Of a stretch of DNA of 64,000 bases, positions 49,200 through 57,745 are shown piece after piece (positions within the stretch are counted from its first letter, which is position 1; each line of letters opens with the position of its first letter). Origin of the DNA: a virus; IMG/VR virus record IMGVR_UViG_3300012000_000002, positions 55,040 to 119,039 of that record. One strand, given 5' to 3'. The translations under genes were made by a program, and so were the position numbers. The notes below the pieces were generated by a model. The model was given only the letters and a program-made list of their open reading frames with translations. It made no database searches and had not been told where the DNA came from.

Positions 49200-49924
49200 A
49201 AACAAATCAAAGCGAAGAAGACATTGAATTATTCAAACGTTATCAAGAAACAAAAATCCTAGACGAAAATGGAAAAGTTCTAAGAGCTGATGTAAAGCTA
49301 CGCAATGATTTAGCTGAACGAAACGCAAAGCTTGTAACGTTTGTTATCAACAAGTTTTATAGCAAAAAGCAACGTCATAAGGAACTAAGAAACGATTTAC
49401 TTCAAGAAGGTCATCTTGGCTTGTTTGATGCTATTGATGGATTCAAACCCGAACTAGGGTTTAAGTTTTCAACATATGCAACTTGGTGGATTCGACAAAG
49501 TGTAAACTCATATCTTTTGGATGAAGAACCAATGCTTCATATTCCCAGCCATATCAGAACAGCAAGAAACAAGTTGTTTAATCTGGCAAAGGAACGTTCG
49601 ATTGCGTTTAAAGACATTGGCAAAGACATGTTAGAAGAACTTAACATGACAGAAAAGATGTTTGCTTCTGTTACAGCGGCAGTAAAAACAAAGTCATGGA
49701 ACGTTCAATCAATTGATGAACCTTTATCGTCCAGCATGGATAGAACACTACGAGATGTAATTCCTAGCAACGATGTTGAGTTGTCAACATCAGTTGACAA
49801 CAAGCGTATTCTTATTGCTGCCAAAGAAGCGTTTGCTAAATTGTCATTAAGAGAGAAATGTGTTTTGTTGGAACGATATGGTATTGATTGCAGTCAAATT
49901 CTTAAGAAGGAAGGTGAGAAATGA
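49196..49924 (+). CDS. sigma-70 family factor (regions 2-4.1; lacks 4.2)
   Basis: NAKLV, DLLQEGHLGL..AIDGF.PELGFKFSTYATWWIRQ; ends after LSLREKCVLLERYGI. Confidence 0.92.
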   Translation: MKTNQSEEDIELFKRYQETKILDENGKVLRADVKLRNDLAERNAKLVTFVINKFYSKKQRHKELRNDLLQEGHLGLFDAIDGFKPELGFKFSTYATWWIRQSVNSYLLDEEPMLHIPSHIRTARNKLFNLAKERSIAFKDIGKDMLEELNMTEKMFASVTAAVKTKSWNVQSIDEPLSSSMDRTLRDVIPSNDVELSTSVDNKRILIAAKEAFAKLSLREKCVLLERYGIDCSQILKKEGEK

Positions 49925-50202
49925 ATCAGAAGTATATAACTATCGAAGAAGGTGAAGACTATCGCACCATTGCGGCAAAGATGACAACATTAGGATATAA
50001 AATGAATCATGCAACAGCAAGAAACATTCTTTTATCTGGGATGTATAAGTTCATGCAACATATGTCTGAATCTCTTGGTAAACCGCTATCAGAAGAGGAA
50101 TGCACAACCTTGGTAATGCGGCAAGACATTCATGAAGTATTGGGTGATATTCTTCCTCTTTGTGCAACAGAGGAAACAACATTATGCCCGGTGGAAAAAT
50201 AA
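49921..50202 (+). CDS. HTH protein resembling sigma region 4.2
   Basis: GEDYRTIAAKM...MNHATARNILLSGMYKF; ATGA overlap and own SD. Confidence 0.6.
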   Translation: MNQKYITIEEGEDYRTIAAKMTTLGYKMNHATARNILLSGMYKFMQHMSESLGKPLSEEECTTLVMRQDIHEVLGDILPLCATEETTLCPVEK

Positions 50203-50597
50203 CAATAAAGTCTGATATTCCTGATTTCGAAAGCTTTCTTGCACGCAAACGTTATCCTTTAGATAAATGGTTGCTTGCTAATAACATCACTTCTTTAGAA
50301 GCGTTTAAAAGCCTATTAAATTCCGGTCAATGGGTTATGAGCGAAGCCATTGTTAAATCCGTTGAAGAGCTTTTAAAGCCTGTTCCTACGCCAGCAAAAG
50401 CCATTGCACCAGTTGTTGTTGAAGAACCTGTGCAAGTTGTGATGGCTGCGGTAGAAGAACCAAAAGTTGAAACACAAGTTGTCCTCAATGGTGAGGATTC
50501 TGTGGTTTCTTCTATAGAAGAAGTTGTTCCACATGTTGTGGAAGAACCTTCTTTAGTTTCAGTTAATTCTTACAAAGAAAGAAAAAAGTCAAGGTAG
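50160..50597 (+). CDS. hypothetical protein
   Basis: 145-aa ORF with V/E/P-rich tail. Confidence 0.6.
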   Translation: MCNRGNNIMPGGKITIKSDIPDFESFLARKRYPLDKWLLANNITSLEAFKSLLNSGQWVMSEAIVKSVEELLKPVPTPAKAIAPVVVEEPVQVVMAAVEEPKVETQVVLNGEDSVVSSIEEVVPHVVEEPSLVSVNSYKERKKSR

Positions 50598-50604
50598 TAT
50601 TTTC

Positions 50605-50787
50605 ATGAGTTCTCGTCATCAAAAAGAAAAGCGTCTTCGTCCACAAAGAGATCCTTATAAAAGAGATCATTTCGATCAATCAAAGTATATTGCAATTCCT
50701 GTAAATAACAAACAAACCCTCGATTCTACAATTAACGAGGATATCGCTGATTTCACTGATGAAAACGACTATGACGAATTCGAATGA
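50605..50787 (+). CDS. hypothetical protein
   Basis: 60-aa ORF, AAGG SD. Confidence 0.55.
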   Translation: MSSRHQKEKRLRPQRDPYKRDHFDQSKYIAIPVNNKQTLDSTINEDIADFTDENDYDEFE

Positions 50788-50793
50788 AATACT

Positions 50794-50822
50794 TTTAGAG
50801 ATTGTTTTTTAACTGGCATACT
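50794..50822 (+). promoter_or_regulatory. sigma70-like early promoter
   Basis: TTTAGA-17 nt-CATACT. Confidence 0.6.
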
Positions 50823-50890
50823 GAATCTACCGAAAGGAGCTACGGCAACAAAACAACAATCCCGTAGCAAAAATGAAAGGTAGAAACATT

Positions 50891-51175
50891 ATGTCATACG
50901 AAACAACCAACTCATCATACGATTCACTCGCTCGCATTGGCACCGGCTCAAACCCACGCAACGCTTTGCGTTTCACTCCAACGAATTCAACCGATATCGG
51001 TGTAAGCGTTGAACAACCTGCTAGCAAGAAGGCTATGACGATGGAAGTAATTGTACCAATCTCACGGTCGAAAACTCGTTCTCGTCGTACCGCTCACTTC
51101 ACCCTTAACGGTGCTCAAGCTCGCAAGCTTTACGAAACACTCAGCAAGTTTTATTCAGAACGTGATGGTGAATGA
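50891..51175 (+). CDS. small hypothetical protein with own promoter and terminator
   Basis: MSYETT start after AAGG. Confidence 0.75.
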   Translation: MSYETTNSSYDSLARIGTGSNPRNALRFTPTNSTDIGVSVEQPASKKAMTMEVIVPISRSKTRSRRTAHFTLNGAQARKLYETLSKFYSERDGE

Positions 51176-51210
51176 TATAACATCACATTACAACAATCAA
51201 AATCTCTAAT

Positions 51211-51246
51211 AAAGGCAGGATGTTATACATCCTGCCTTTTTTCTTT
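51211..51246 (+). terminator. intrinsic terminator
   Basis: aaaggcaggatg/catcctgccttt 12-bp stem + T tract. Confidence 0.85.
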
Positions 51247-51262
51247 GTTCATACTTATAAGT

Positions 51263-51940
51263 ATGACTTCGAAGTTGCAACTAAAAGATATTGGAAAGCT
51301 TTACAAGGTGAAAATGCTTGCCGAAGCTTTTATTCTTTGCAACAACGTTATCGATGCAGGAGATTGGTGGCGCAAGGTTGTAGCCTTGAACGCAAATTCA
51401 CGATCTTATAAACACGATACAATCGAAAGCACATATGGTTTGTCGCTAGACAAGCTTTTCTCTCAACTTGATATCGATCAATATGTTGTTGAAGTGTGTT
51501 CGTTTGTGATTATTACAAATGGTGGCTATAGATTTATTAGGAACAATCAAGAAGCCGAAAATGTAATCAAAACAGGTAAACGTTGGTCGATAAGAGCTGT
51601 TGGCGTAAAAATCTATCACAGCTACGATCCAGAAACAAAAACACTTGGCAAGATATGGGAGCCAACATCGCTACCAACAATTGAATGGTTTTATTTGCCA
51701 AGACACTTTGTTGATTTAGATATTGCTCAACTTTACAACAGCATCAATGTTGGTGATATGGTTGTGTTCAAAAAAACACAAGCGTTTGTTGCAAGTGTTA
51801 AAACGCTTAAGCGGAAAAAGTTTTGGGCTACATGCAGTTGGACAAAGAAAAAAATAACTGTATTGAATGGAAGCACTGGAAGACAAATGCGATTAACTAC
51901 TAGTCGTGATTATACGGTGTTAAAAGGAAAAGTAACATAG
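51263..51940 (+). CDS. hypothetical protein
   Basis: ATG 5 nt after ATACTTA motif. Confidence 0.65.
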   Translation: MTSKLQLKDIGKLYKVKMLAEAFILCNNVIDAGDWWRKVVALNANSRSYKHDTIESTYGLSLDKLFSQLDIDQYVVEVCSFVIITNGGYRFIRNNQEAENVIKTGKRWSIRAVGVKIYHSYDPETKTLGKIWEPTSLPTIEWFYLPRHFVDLDIAQLYNSINVGDMVVFKKTQAFVASVKTLKRKKFWATCSWTKKKITVLNGSTGRQMRLTTSRDYTVLKGKVT

Positions 51941-51941
51941 C

Positions 51942-52115
51942 TTACTCTTCGTTGTCTTCGTCGTCTTCGTCCTCAAGTTCTGTTTTAACACGATCAACGA
52001 TTGAAATGGTGTCATCCACAGTTGACATTTCATCGGCTTCTAAAAGTGTTTTATACTCTTCCATGAACTCTTCAAGGCGATCAATCAATCTAGCAAGTGC
52101 TCGTACATTTGACAT
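51942..52115 (-). CDS. small acidic hypothetical protein
   Basis: AAGGA SD, MSNVRAL start. Confidence 0.6.
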   Translation of the reverse strand: MSNVRALARLIDRLEEFMEEYKTLLEADEMSTVDDTISIVDRVKTELEDEDDEDNEE

Positions 52116-52119
52116 ATAA

Positions 52120-52431
52120 TTATCCTTTTTCAACTAACTCAAACTGTTTTTTACTTCCGATAATCCAACCAAATATATCACCATACAAGCATTTGTAATA
52201 AAAACCACCATTTTCGTCTTTTAGTTCATCAAGCAAGATAAATGGTTCTGTTGTTGATTTCATGGTTGATCTCTTGGGAGCTTTGCAAAGCTCACTTGTT
52301 AATATACTTGGCATCCAATTATTGTTCTTTGTTCTTTGGTTAAGTACGTCATCAATATCAGAATACAAAACAACATATGACTGCAACGAATTCTTTTTAC
52401 TTCGAATGTAACAAAGGGAACCTTTACGCAT
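52120..52431 (-). CDS. hypothetical protein
   Basis: GGAG SD; ATAGTTA motif at 52458-52464. Confidence 0.6.
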   Translation of the reverse strand: MRKGSLCYIRSKKNSLQSYVVLYSDIDDVLNQRTKNNNWMPSILTSELCKAPKRSTMKSTTEPFILLDELKDENGGFYYKCLYGDIFGWIIGSKKQFELVEKG

Positions 52432-52472
52432 TTATAAAGCACAACTCCATTTTCAACTAACTATAGGATAAC

Positions 52473-52712
52473 ATGGAAACGTTTGTTGGTAACGAAAGAT
52501 ATCTTACACATGTGTTTAAGTCAAGTACAAATTTATCATATTGCAAATATGATACTGTTCTATCTCTTCTATTGGTTATCTTCCACAACGGTACGGAATA
52601 CGAATATTCTGGTGTAGATTTACAGACTTATCAAGAACTTATATCAGCGTCTTCTGCTGGAAGCTATTTTAACAGAGTAATAAAAACTTACAAGCACCAA
52701 AGATTTAAATAA
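52473..52712 (+). CDS. KTSC domain protein
   Basis: SSTNL....YD...L.VIFHNG..YEY..V....YQELISASSAGSYFN..IK. Confidence 0.85.
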   Translation: METFVGNERYLTHVFKSSTNLSYCKYDTVLSLLLVIFHNGTEYEYSGVDLQTYQELISASSAGSYFNRVIKTYKHQRFK

Positions 52713-52723
52713 TACTTATCCAT

Positions 52724-53935
52724 ATGCGTAAACTTTTCGACATTCTTTTCACCAACGAAAATACTGGTGACTTTTCTGGTGCTGGTACTTTTCAAGGTGG
52801 GCCTTATGGATTTGGTAACCGTTATCAGTTAGCTAACTCCCAAGTATGGCCGGGACTACAAGACCCAGATGAAGGATTACCTCCCAATCCTTCTTTAAGA
52901 CCTGCAATTGACGCACAAAGAGATCCAAAGGACACCGAATATGAATCCCTTGAAAGTTCTGAAATTTACGATAGTCGCCCTCATTTATTGCCCGGAGAGG
53001 ATATGGTTAGAGACGAAGTGCTCCTTAAAAGCAAAGATATCGAACCTTCGTACTTTTATACGCCGGACTTTATGAACGAAGACCCAGCACGAGTTCTTTA
53101 TCGAGACTTACCCGGCTTTCCTGCCATGAACACTTTGTCTGAACCAATCGATCACGTTCCTGACGATCAAGACCCAGACAGAACAGAACCAGAAGAAGAA
53201 CGCTATAATGTGCCTCGTTTGCTTCCTTCACCAAGAGAAGGCAAGCGTGGCGTTCCGTTTGGTCATGGACCGGTTAATGTTCCCGGTGAAGGAACTCTTA
53301 GCATGAAACCGGGAGACATTGGTGTGCAAGCCAGTATGTACGATCCTATGGAACCAGAGGGTAACCAACTAAACCTAACCAAAAAACGTAATCAAACGCT
53401 TAATCGTTGGAAAGAAACAACTGAAGTTGATAAAGGACACACCAATCGTGACGCTGTGTTTAATCATCTTGTAAAGCCTATTGATTACATCAAAAAAGAG
53501 TTCGGCCAAAACGATTATGTAAAAGACTTGGACAATCCTGACGATGTGCCACTTCATGCTGGTGGACAAGGAGTAATCGCACATCCTGTTAAGCATGTTC
53601 CCGGCAACATCAATATCTATAAGAAAGGTAATCCCGGTTATTCTCTGGGTGAGGCTAAGGAAACTAAAATGGCAAAGAAAGAACCAAAACGTGAACTTGA
53701 AGATTATGTTCCAAAAGACCTTGATAAAAAGGAAACAAAGGAAACATATGGAAATGGTATGGGTCAAATCATGAAAGCTTATCAGTTTCCCCGTGAAGAT
53801 AGAGAAATAAAAAAACACAAACCTCTTGAACCGGAACAAACTTATATTCCATATCAATATGATCGCAGCAACATTGACGTTATCATTCTCGACAAGCTTT
53901 TCGAGAAACTATCCAAACTAACAAAAAAGTCATGA
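52724..53935 (+). CDS. Pro/Asp-rich hypothetical late protein
   Basis: ATACTTA 5 nt before ATG; MRKLFDILFTNE leader. Confidence 0.75.
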   Translation: MRKLFDILFTNENTGDFSGAGTFQGGPYGFGNRYQLANSQVWPGLQDPDEGLPPNPSLRPAIDAQRDPKDTEYESLESSEIYDSRPHLLPGEDMVRDEVLLKSKDIEPSYFYTPDFMNEDPARVLYRDLPGFPAMNTLSEPIDHVPDDQDPDRTEPEEERYNVPRLLPSPREGKRGVPFGHGPVNVPGEGTLSMKPGDIGVQASMYDPMEPEGNQLNLTKKRNQTLNRWKETTEVDKGHTNRDAVFNHLVKPIDYIKKEFGQNDYVKDLDNPDDVPLHAGGQGVIAHPVKHVPGNINIYKKGNPGYSLGEAKETKMAKKEPKRELEDYVPKDLDKKETKETYGNGMGQIMKAYQFPREDREIKKHKPLEPEQTYIPYQYDRSNIDVIILDKLFEKLSKLTKKS

Positions 53936-54747
53936 AGTTATCGGATATCATCGAAGCGAAAATATTGCAAAGATTAGCTGAATCCAGTGAAGAAGATGTA
54001 GAAAAGCTTCACAAAGCTAACGAAGTCTTTGAAAGTATTATAAGCTTTGTTGAAAACCTAAATCAAGACCCTAAAAACTTCGATAAAAAATTTATGAAAG
54101 ACAACGAAAATCGGTTGTATGGAATTAAGTTGCATTCCATAATATCGATGCCAGAAACTGAAAACATGCGTGTGTTATTCTTTGATTACGATATCGAAGG
54201 AGTGAAAAAAACCATTAAAGCAAAAGCTGGAAGAAAAATTGAAGGCGATCAACTTAAAAGCGTTTATGTTTCGTTGTTCTTTGATGCTCCATCTTCTGTT
54301 AAAGAAAACGTAAAAACATACAATCGTTGGTTTGCTAAAAACCTAATCAACATTTTGAACGATTCAAGATATCGTTCTTCCTTTGTACATGAATTTACGC
54401 ACACACTTGATTATCGCAGAATAAATCCAGAATATCTTGTTGCAAGAGCAAAACAAAAAATATCAGAAAAAGAAGCGAAGAAAACAAAAGATCGTGACAA
54501 GTACATCAACGATCCATTAGAGCTTAATGCTTATTACCAACAAGCGATGAGTGATATATACAACAAGTTACTTGCTACTGAAACCGTAGAAGAATGGAAC
54601 AAACTTATAGGAAACACTCCACAAGAATTTGTAGAAGTGCTATTAGCAAATTTGCGTCCACAAGTTCAAAAACGGTTGAATCCAGAAAACGTTAAACGTC
54701 TTATGAAGCGTGCATCAACAACTTGGGAATATTTAAGATTAACATGA
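53932..54747 (+). CDS. zincin-like (HExxH) protein with leader motif
   Basis: FVHEFTHTLD and YINDPLELNAY; MKLSDIIE start. Confidence 0.65.
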   Translation: MKLSDIIEAKILQRLAESSEEDVEKLHKANEVFESIISFVENLNQDPKNFDKKFMKDNENRLYGIKLHSIISMPETENMRVLFFDYDIEGVKKTIKAKAGRKIEGDQLKSVYVSLFFDAPSSVKENVKTYNRWFAKNLINILNDSRYRSSFVHEFTHTLDYRRINPEYLVARAKQKISEKEAKKTKDRDKYINDPLELNAYYQQAMSDIYNKLLATETVEEWNKLIGNTPQEFVEVLLANLRPQVQKRLNPENVKRLMKRASTTWEYLRLT

Positions 54748-54918
54748 GTATTATTCAGTATTTCGTTATTTCGATTGTGTTGATTGTTGGCTTGTATTTT
54801 TGTCTAATCAAAGAAGACTAAACTACCCTGTTGCTTGAATATAACGGCATTATGCGGGCGTTGAAACTAGTTTGTAGCAGCGATTTATCGTGCAAACGTT
54901 TTGCCGTGTAAAAAGCCA

Positions 54919-55608
54919 TTAAGATCTTTTTGGGATATCTTCCAAAAGAAGTAAACCATGATCGAACTCCCAATGGTGATTTCTACAAAGCACAAGGATG
55001 TTATCAGAAGAGTTGATTTCTTCCAAATAAGCTGAATCTGGGAATGATGAAACAGCTTTTATATGAGCTAACTCTACATGGGTAGAATACCCACATTTTT
55101 GGCATGGCAACTTTTTTAAAGCTCGATTATATGCAGCATTATGATGACGAACATGAGTTGTCTTCCAAGAAGGATGTTTACCTTTAACCGACAGTTTTTC
55201 TATACATTCGACAAGTGTTATATTTTTTGTAGTTTTTTTATTGTTTCTACAATCACGGCACAGATATGACCGATCATCATTCAAACGAAAAAACGAAGTG
55301 CCACATCGCTTACATTCTCTCGATTTTGGTGGATTTTTTTGTTTTCCCTTATTGTTCCAAGTAGCAGCACATGAAGAGGAACAAAATGTATTTCCATTCG
55401 TTTTGGAACTTTTAGGTCGATAAAAACTGGCATTGCAACACAAACAAATTGAATTTTCTTTCATATGAGCTTTGCTAAAAGCAATCGAACATTCAGAAGA
55501 ACAAAAAAACTTTTTTGTACCTTTTTTGACTTTTGCTTGATAACGATTTTTTTGTAGTGTATACTGTTTTTGGCAGTGAAAACAAACAAGATCAACTAGT
55601 TTAGACAT
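54919..55608 (-). CDS. HNH endonuclease with Cys-rich zinc-ribbon repeats
   Basis: FCSSEC/FCSSSC repeats; CQKCG...ELAHIK...NILVLCRNHHWEFD; GGAG SD before MSKLVD. Confidence 0.85.
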   Translation of the reverse strand: MSKLVDLVCFHCQKQYTLQKNRYQAKVKKGTKKFFCSSECSIAFSKAHMKENSICLCCNASFYRPKSSKTNGNTFCSSSCAATWNNKGKQKNPPKSRECKRCGTSFFRLNDDRSYLCRDCRNNKKTTKNITLVECIEKLSVKGKHPSWKTTHVRHHNAAYNRALKKLPCQKCGYSTHVELAHIKAVSSFPDSAYLEEINSSDNILVLCRNHHWEFDHGLLLLEDIPKRS

Positions 55609-55622
55609 ACTAGACTCCATCT

Positions 55623-55698
55623 GCCCTTATACCGGCTCTGTCTTCTAAACAGTAGTACCGTAATTGGATTTATGCAGGTTCGAATCCTGCTAAGGGCG
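55623..55698 (+). tRNA. non-canonical tRNA-Arg(TCT)-like RNA lacking a D arm
   Basis: gccctta/taagggc acceptor, ctgt-cttctaa-acag anticodon arm, gcagg-ttcgaat-cctgc T arm; about 7 nt where the D arm should be and about 21 nt variable region. Confidence 0.7.
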
Positions 55699-55762
55699 CA
55701 AATCATAGGTAGTATCATTAATTCGAAATAACAAAAAGAAAAACTCTAAAAAAGAGTTTTAC

Positions 55763-55787
55763 GCTGGTTCGAATCCAGCAGAGCGCA
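55763..55787 (+). pseudogene. tRNA 3' fragment (T arm + acceptor strand)
   Basis: gctgg-ttcgaat-ccagc-agagcgc-a with no matching 5' half nearby. Confidence 0.6.
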
Positions 55788-55807
55788 CTAACTATTGGAA
55801 TTCAACA

Positions 55808-56182
55808 ATGAAACTAAAAGCTTTGATTCTTTGTTGTTTTCTTTTTGGGTGTGAAACAACACAACCAAGATTCGTAAACTCTTATCCAATGCAAGCGTCT
55901 CTTGAAGAAACGCAGCATGAAATCGAAAGCAAACTCCACGATCTAGGCTGGAGAATTCTTCCAAGAATAGGTCCGATTGGATATATTACTGCTGTTAATA
56001 ATCAAACGGCAACAATGAGAGATCATCTTACAATCGATTTATCGATGAGTGGTCATATATCTTTGTGGATTCGTACAGAAATTAAAATCGATCATCATTG
56101 GATTGCTCCCGATCATGTATGCGATGGTTATACTTGGGCAAGAGAACAACAACTGCTTTCTCGAATTCTAAGCAGCAGATAA
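55808..56182 (+). CDS. putative lipoprotein
   Basis: MKLKALILCCFLFGC lipobox-like signal. Confidence 0.65.
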   Translation: MKLKALILCCFLFGCETTQPRFVNSYPMQASLEETQHEIESKLHDLGWRILPRIGPIGYITAVNNQTATMRDHLTIDLSMSGHISLWIRTEIKIDHHWIAPDHVCDGYTWAREQQLLSRILSSR

Positions 56183-56200
56183 GAAAAAAACTAAAACAAG

Positions 56201-56229
56201 TTTACAAACGAATAAGAGCTTGCTAGAGT
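56201..56229 (+). promoter_or_regulatory. early promoter of tRNA-Leu
   Basis: TTTACA-17 nt-TAGAGT with extended TG. Confidence 0.65.
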
Positions 56230-56239
56230 AAGAACATAA

Positions 56240-56323
56240 GCCAAGGTGGTGAAATCGGCAGCCACAGAAGACTTAAAATCTTCCGACTGAAAGGTCTTAC
56301 GGGTTCAAGTCCCGTCCTTGGCA
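56240..56323 (+). tRNA. tRNA-Leu(TAA)
   Basis: gccaagg/ccttggc acceptor, gaaga-ct-TAA-aa-tcttc, long variable arm. Confidence 0.93.
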
Positions 56324-56493
56324 CTAAATGGATCAAATTCAAATTGATGAATGCATAAGAGCTGTAAGAATGCGTATGCGTTATGGTCACAATAAACAAC
56401 AAATCGCTGAACAACTTGGGAAGTTCTTTCCTCAAGAATTGTTGTTTCTTGCGTATCATGCAGCACTAATACTAGAAAAACGACGATAACAAA

Positions 56494-56519
56494 GCCCTTG
56501 TGGTGGAATGGCAGACACG
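56494..56519 (+). pseudogene. tRNA 5' fragment (acceptor strand + class II D arm)
   Basis: gcccttgtggtggaatggcagacacg resembles a Leu-type 5' end; rest absent. Confidence 0.55.
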
Positions 56520-57028
56520 GCAAAAAGAAGCCAATTATCGAACATACAATACCCTACGAATTATCTCTTGTTGAGGAAATCGTGCTAGATGCCTATACAT
56601 GGCATAACGTAAAAAATCACGTTCCTTCCATTAAAGACGTTAAGGTAATCTACAGAGAAGAAGTACAAGACAAGATTTGTATTCGTAAATGGTATACACC
56701 CAACATTACAGTTCCTTGGTTTGCAAAAGGTAAAATCAAAGACGATATGTTGGAATGGGGCGAAATGCTTACATGGTGTCCCCAAAGTCATTCTGGAGAA
56801 TTCATTATCGAGCCAAACATTCCAAACGAATGGAAAACTTATTTTGATTGCCAAGGCCAATATAAGTTGGAGAGTGCTTGGATTGAAACAACCAAAAGAA
56901 TTGTATCTATTAACTTAGACGTAAAAATTCCATTGTTTAGAGGAATAGCCGAAGAATATATTGCTGAAAAAGTAAAAGTTTGGTATCAGCAAGAAGCTGA
57001 AGCGTTGAAGATTCTAGCGGCAAAATAA
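56498..57028 (+). CDS. DUF2505-like (SRPBCC/START fold) protein; start uncertain
   Basis: IEH...E...D N-terminus, VKIPLF.G.AE..I pattern; TTG start lies inside the tRNA fragment. Confidence 0.55.
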   Translation: MWWNGRHGKKKPIIEHTIPYELSLVEEIVLDAYTWHNVKNHVPSIKDVKVIYREEVQDKICIRKWYTPNITVPWFAKGKIKDDMLEWGEMLTWCPQSHSGEFIIEPNIPNEWKTYFDCQGQYKLESAWIETTKRIVSINLDVKIPLFRGIAEEYIAEKVKVWYQQEAEALKILAAK

Positions 57029-57029
57029 C

Positions 57030-57236
57030 ATGAACAAAGAACAAAAGAAACAACTTATTCTTGAGTTTATAAACGGGCCATTACAAAGATATCTCACGGG
57101 AGATATATCCTTTGGTAAGTTTAAAGAAGTAATCAACGAAACGTTTGAAGTAGATTTCAGTTATTCAGATCTTTATCCCAGTTATTTGTTCAATGCAGAA
57201 ATAAAGTATCCACAAGATTTTATCGAAATAAAATAG
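57030..57236 (+). CDS. hypothetical protein
   Basis: 68-aa ORF. Confidence 0.55.
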   Translation: MNKEQKKQLILEFINGPLQRYLTGDISFGKFKEVINETFEVDFSYSDLYPSYLFNAEIKYPQDFIEIK

Positions 57237-57237
57237 A

Positions 57238-57266
57238 TTTAGAATACAAATATCGGCTGCTAATCT
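57238..57266 (+). promoter_or_regulatory. early promoter of tRNA-Ile
   Basis: TTTAGA-17 nt-TAATCT with extended TG; shares TAAGAACATAAG with the tRNA-Leu promoter. Confidence 0.65.
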
Positions 57267-57287
57267 AAGAACATAAGAGAAACACAT

Positions 57288-57361
57288 AGGCGTATAGCTC
57301 AGTTGGTTAGAGCACCTGCCTTATAAGCGGGAGGTCATTGGTTCAAGCCCAATTACGCCTA
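57288..57361 (+). tRNA. tRNA-Ile(TAT)
   Basis: aggcgta/tacgcct acceptor, cctgc-ct-TAT-aa-gcggg. Confidence 0.92.
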
Positions 57362-57402
57362 CTAAATTAAATCGTTTTCAAGATTCAAACGTCAATAAAA
57401 CC

Positions 57403-57744
57403 ATGAAAACAATTATGGCACTCGCACTGGTTGGTTCAATGGTAATGAACTTGAGTATCGAAAAAAGAAACAACAACCCACAATATTGTTATAGGGTAAC
57501 TGAATCTACATCTGCTTCTTTGTTCACACGAACACAAAGCTTTTGTCACACCACACAAGCTCTTTGTATGAGAAGTGCAGATCGAGCAAGAGAAAGATCA
57601 TCAGAACATATAGAAGTTTCTGGATGTGAAAGAACAAACAGATTGTTTTGTGTTAGTGTTCATAACACAAGATGGTGTAGCAGCGATCTATATCAATGTT
57701 CAGAAACAGCACAATATTTTGGTATAGATCACGGTTGCAGATAA
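57403..57744 (+). CDS. secreted Cys-rich small protein
   Basis: Signal-like N-terminus; eight Cys. Confidence 0.6.
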   Translation: MKTIMALALVGSMVMNLSIEKRNNNPQYCYRVTESTSASLFTRTQSFCHTTQALCMRSADRARERSSEHIEVSGCERTNRLFCVSVHNTRWCSSDLYQCSETAQYFGIDHGCR

Positions 57745-57745
57745 T

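Noticed and set aside
54854-54881. GTAGCAGC resembling the SRP RNA helix 8 motif
   Set aside because: The required CAGG-stem-GNRA context is missing
56508-56540. Possible -1 frameshift linking ATG 56508 to the DUF2505-like frame at caaaaag
   Set aside because: Only five A residues and the wrong phase for a canonical X XXY YYZ site; no properly spaced SD
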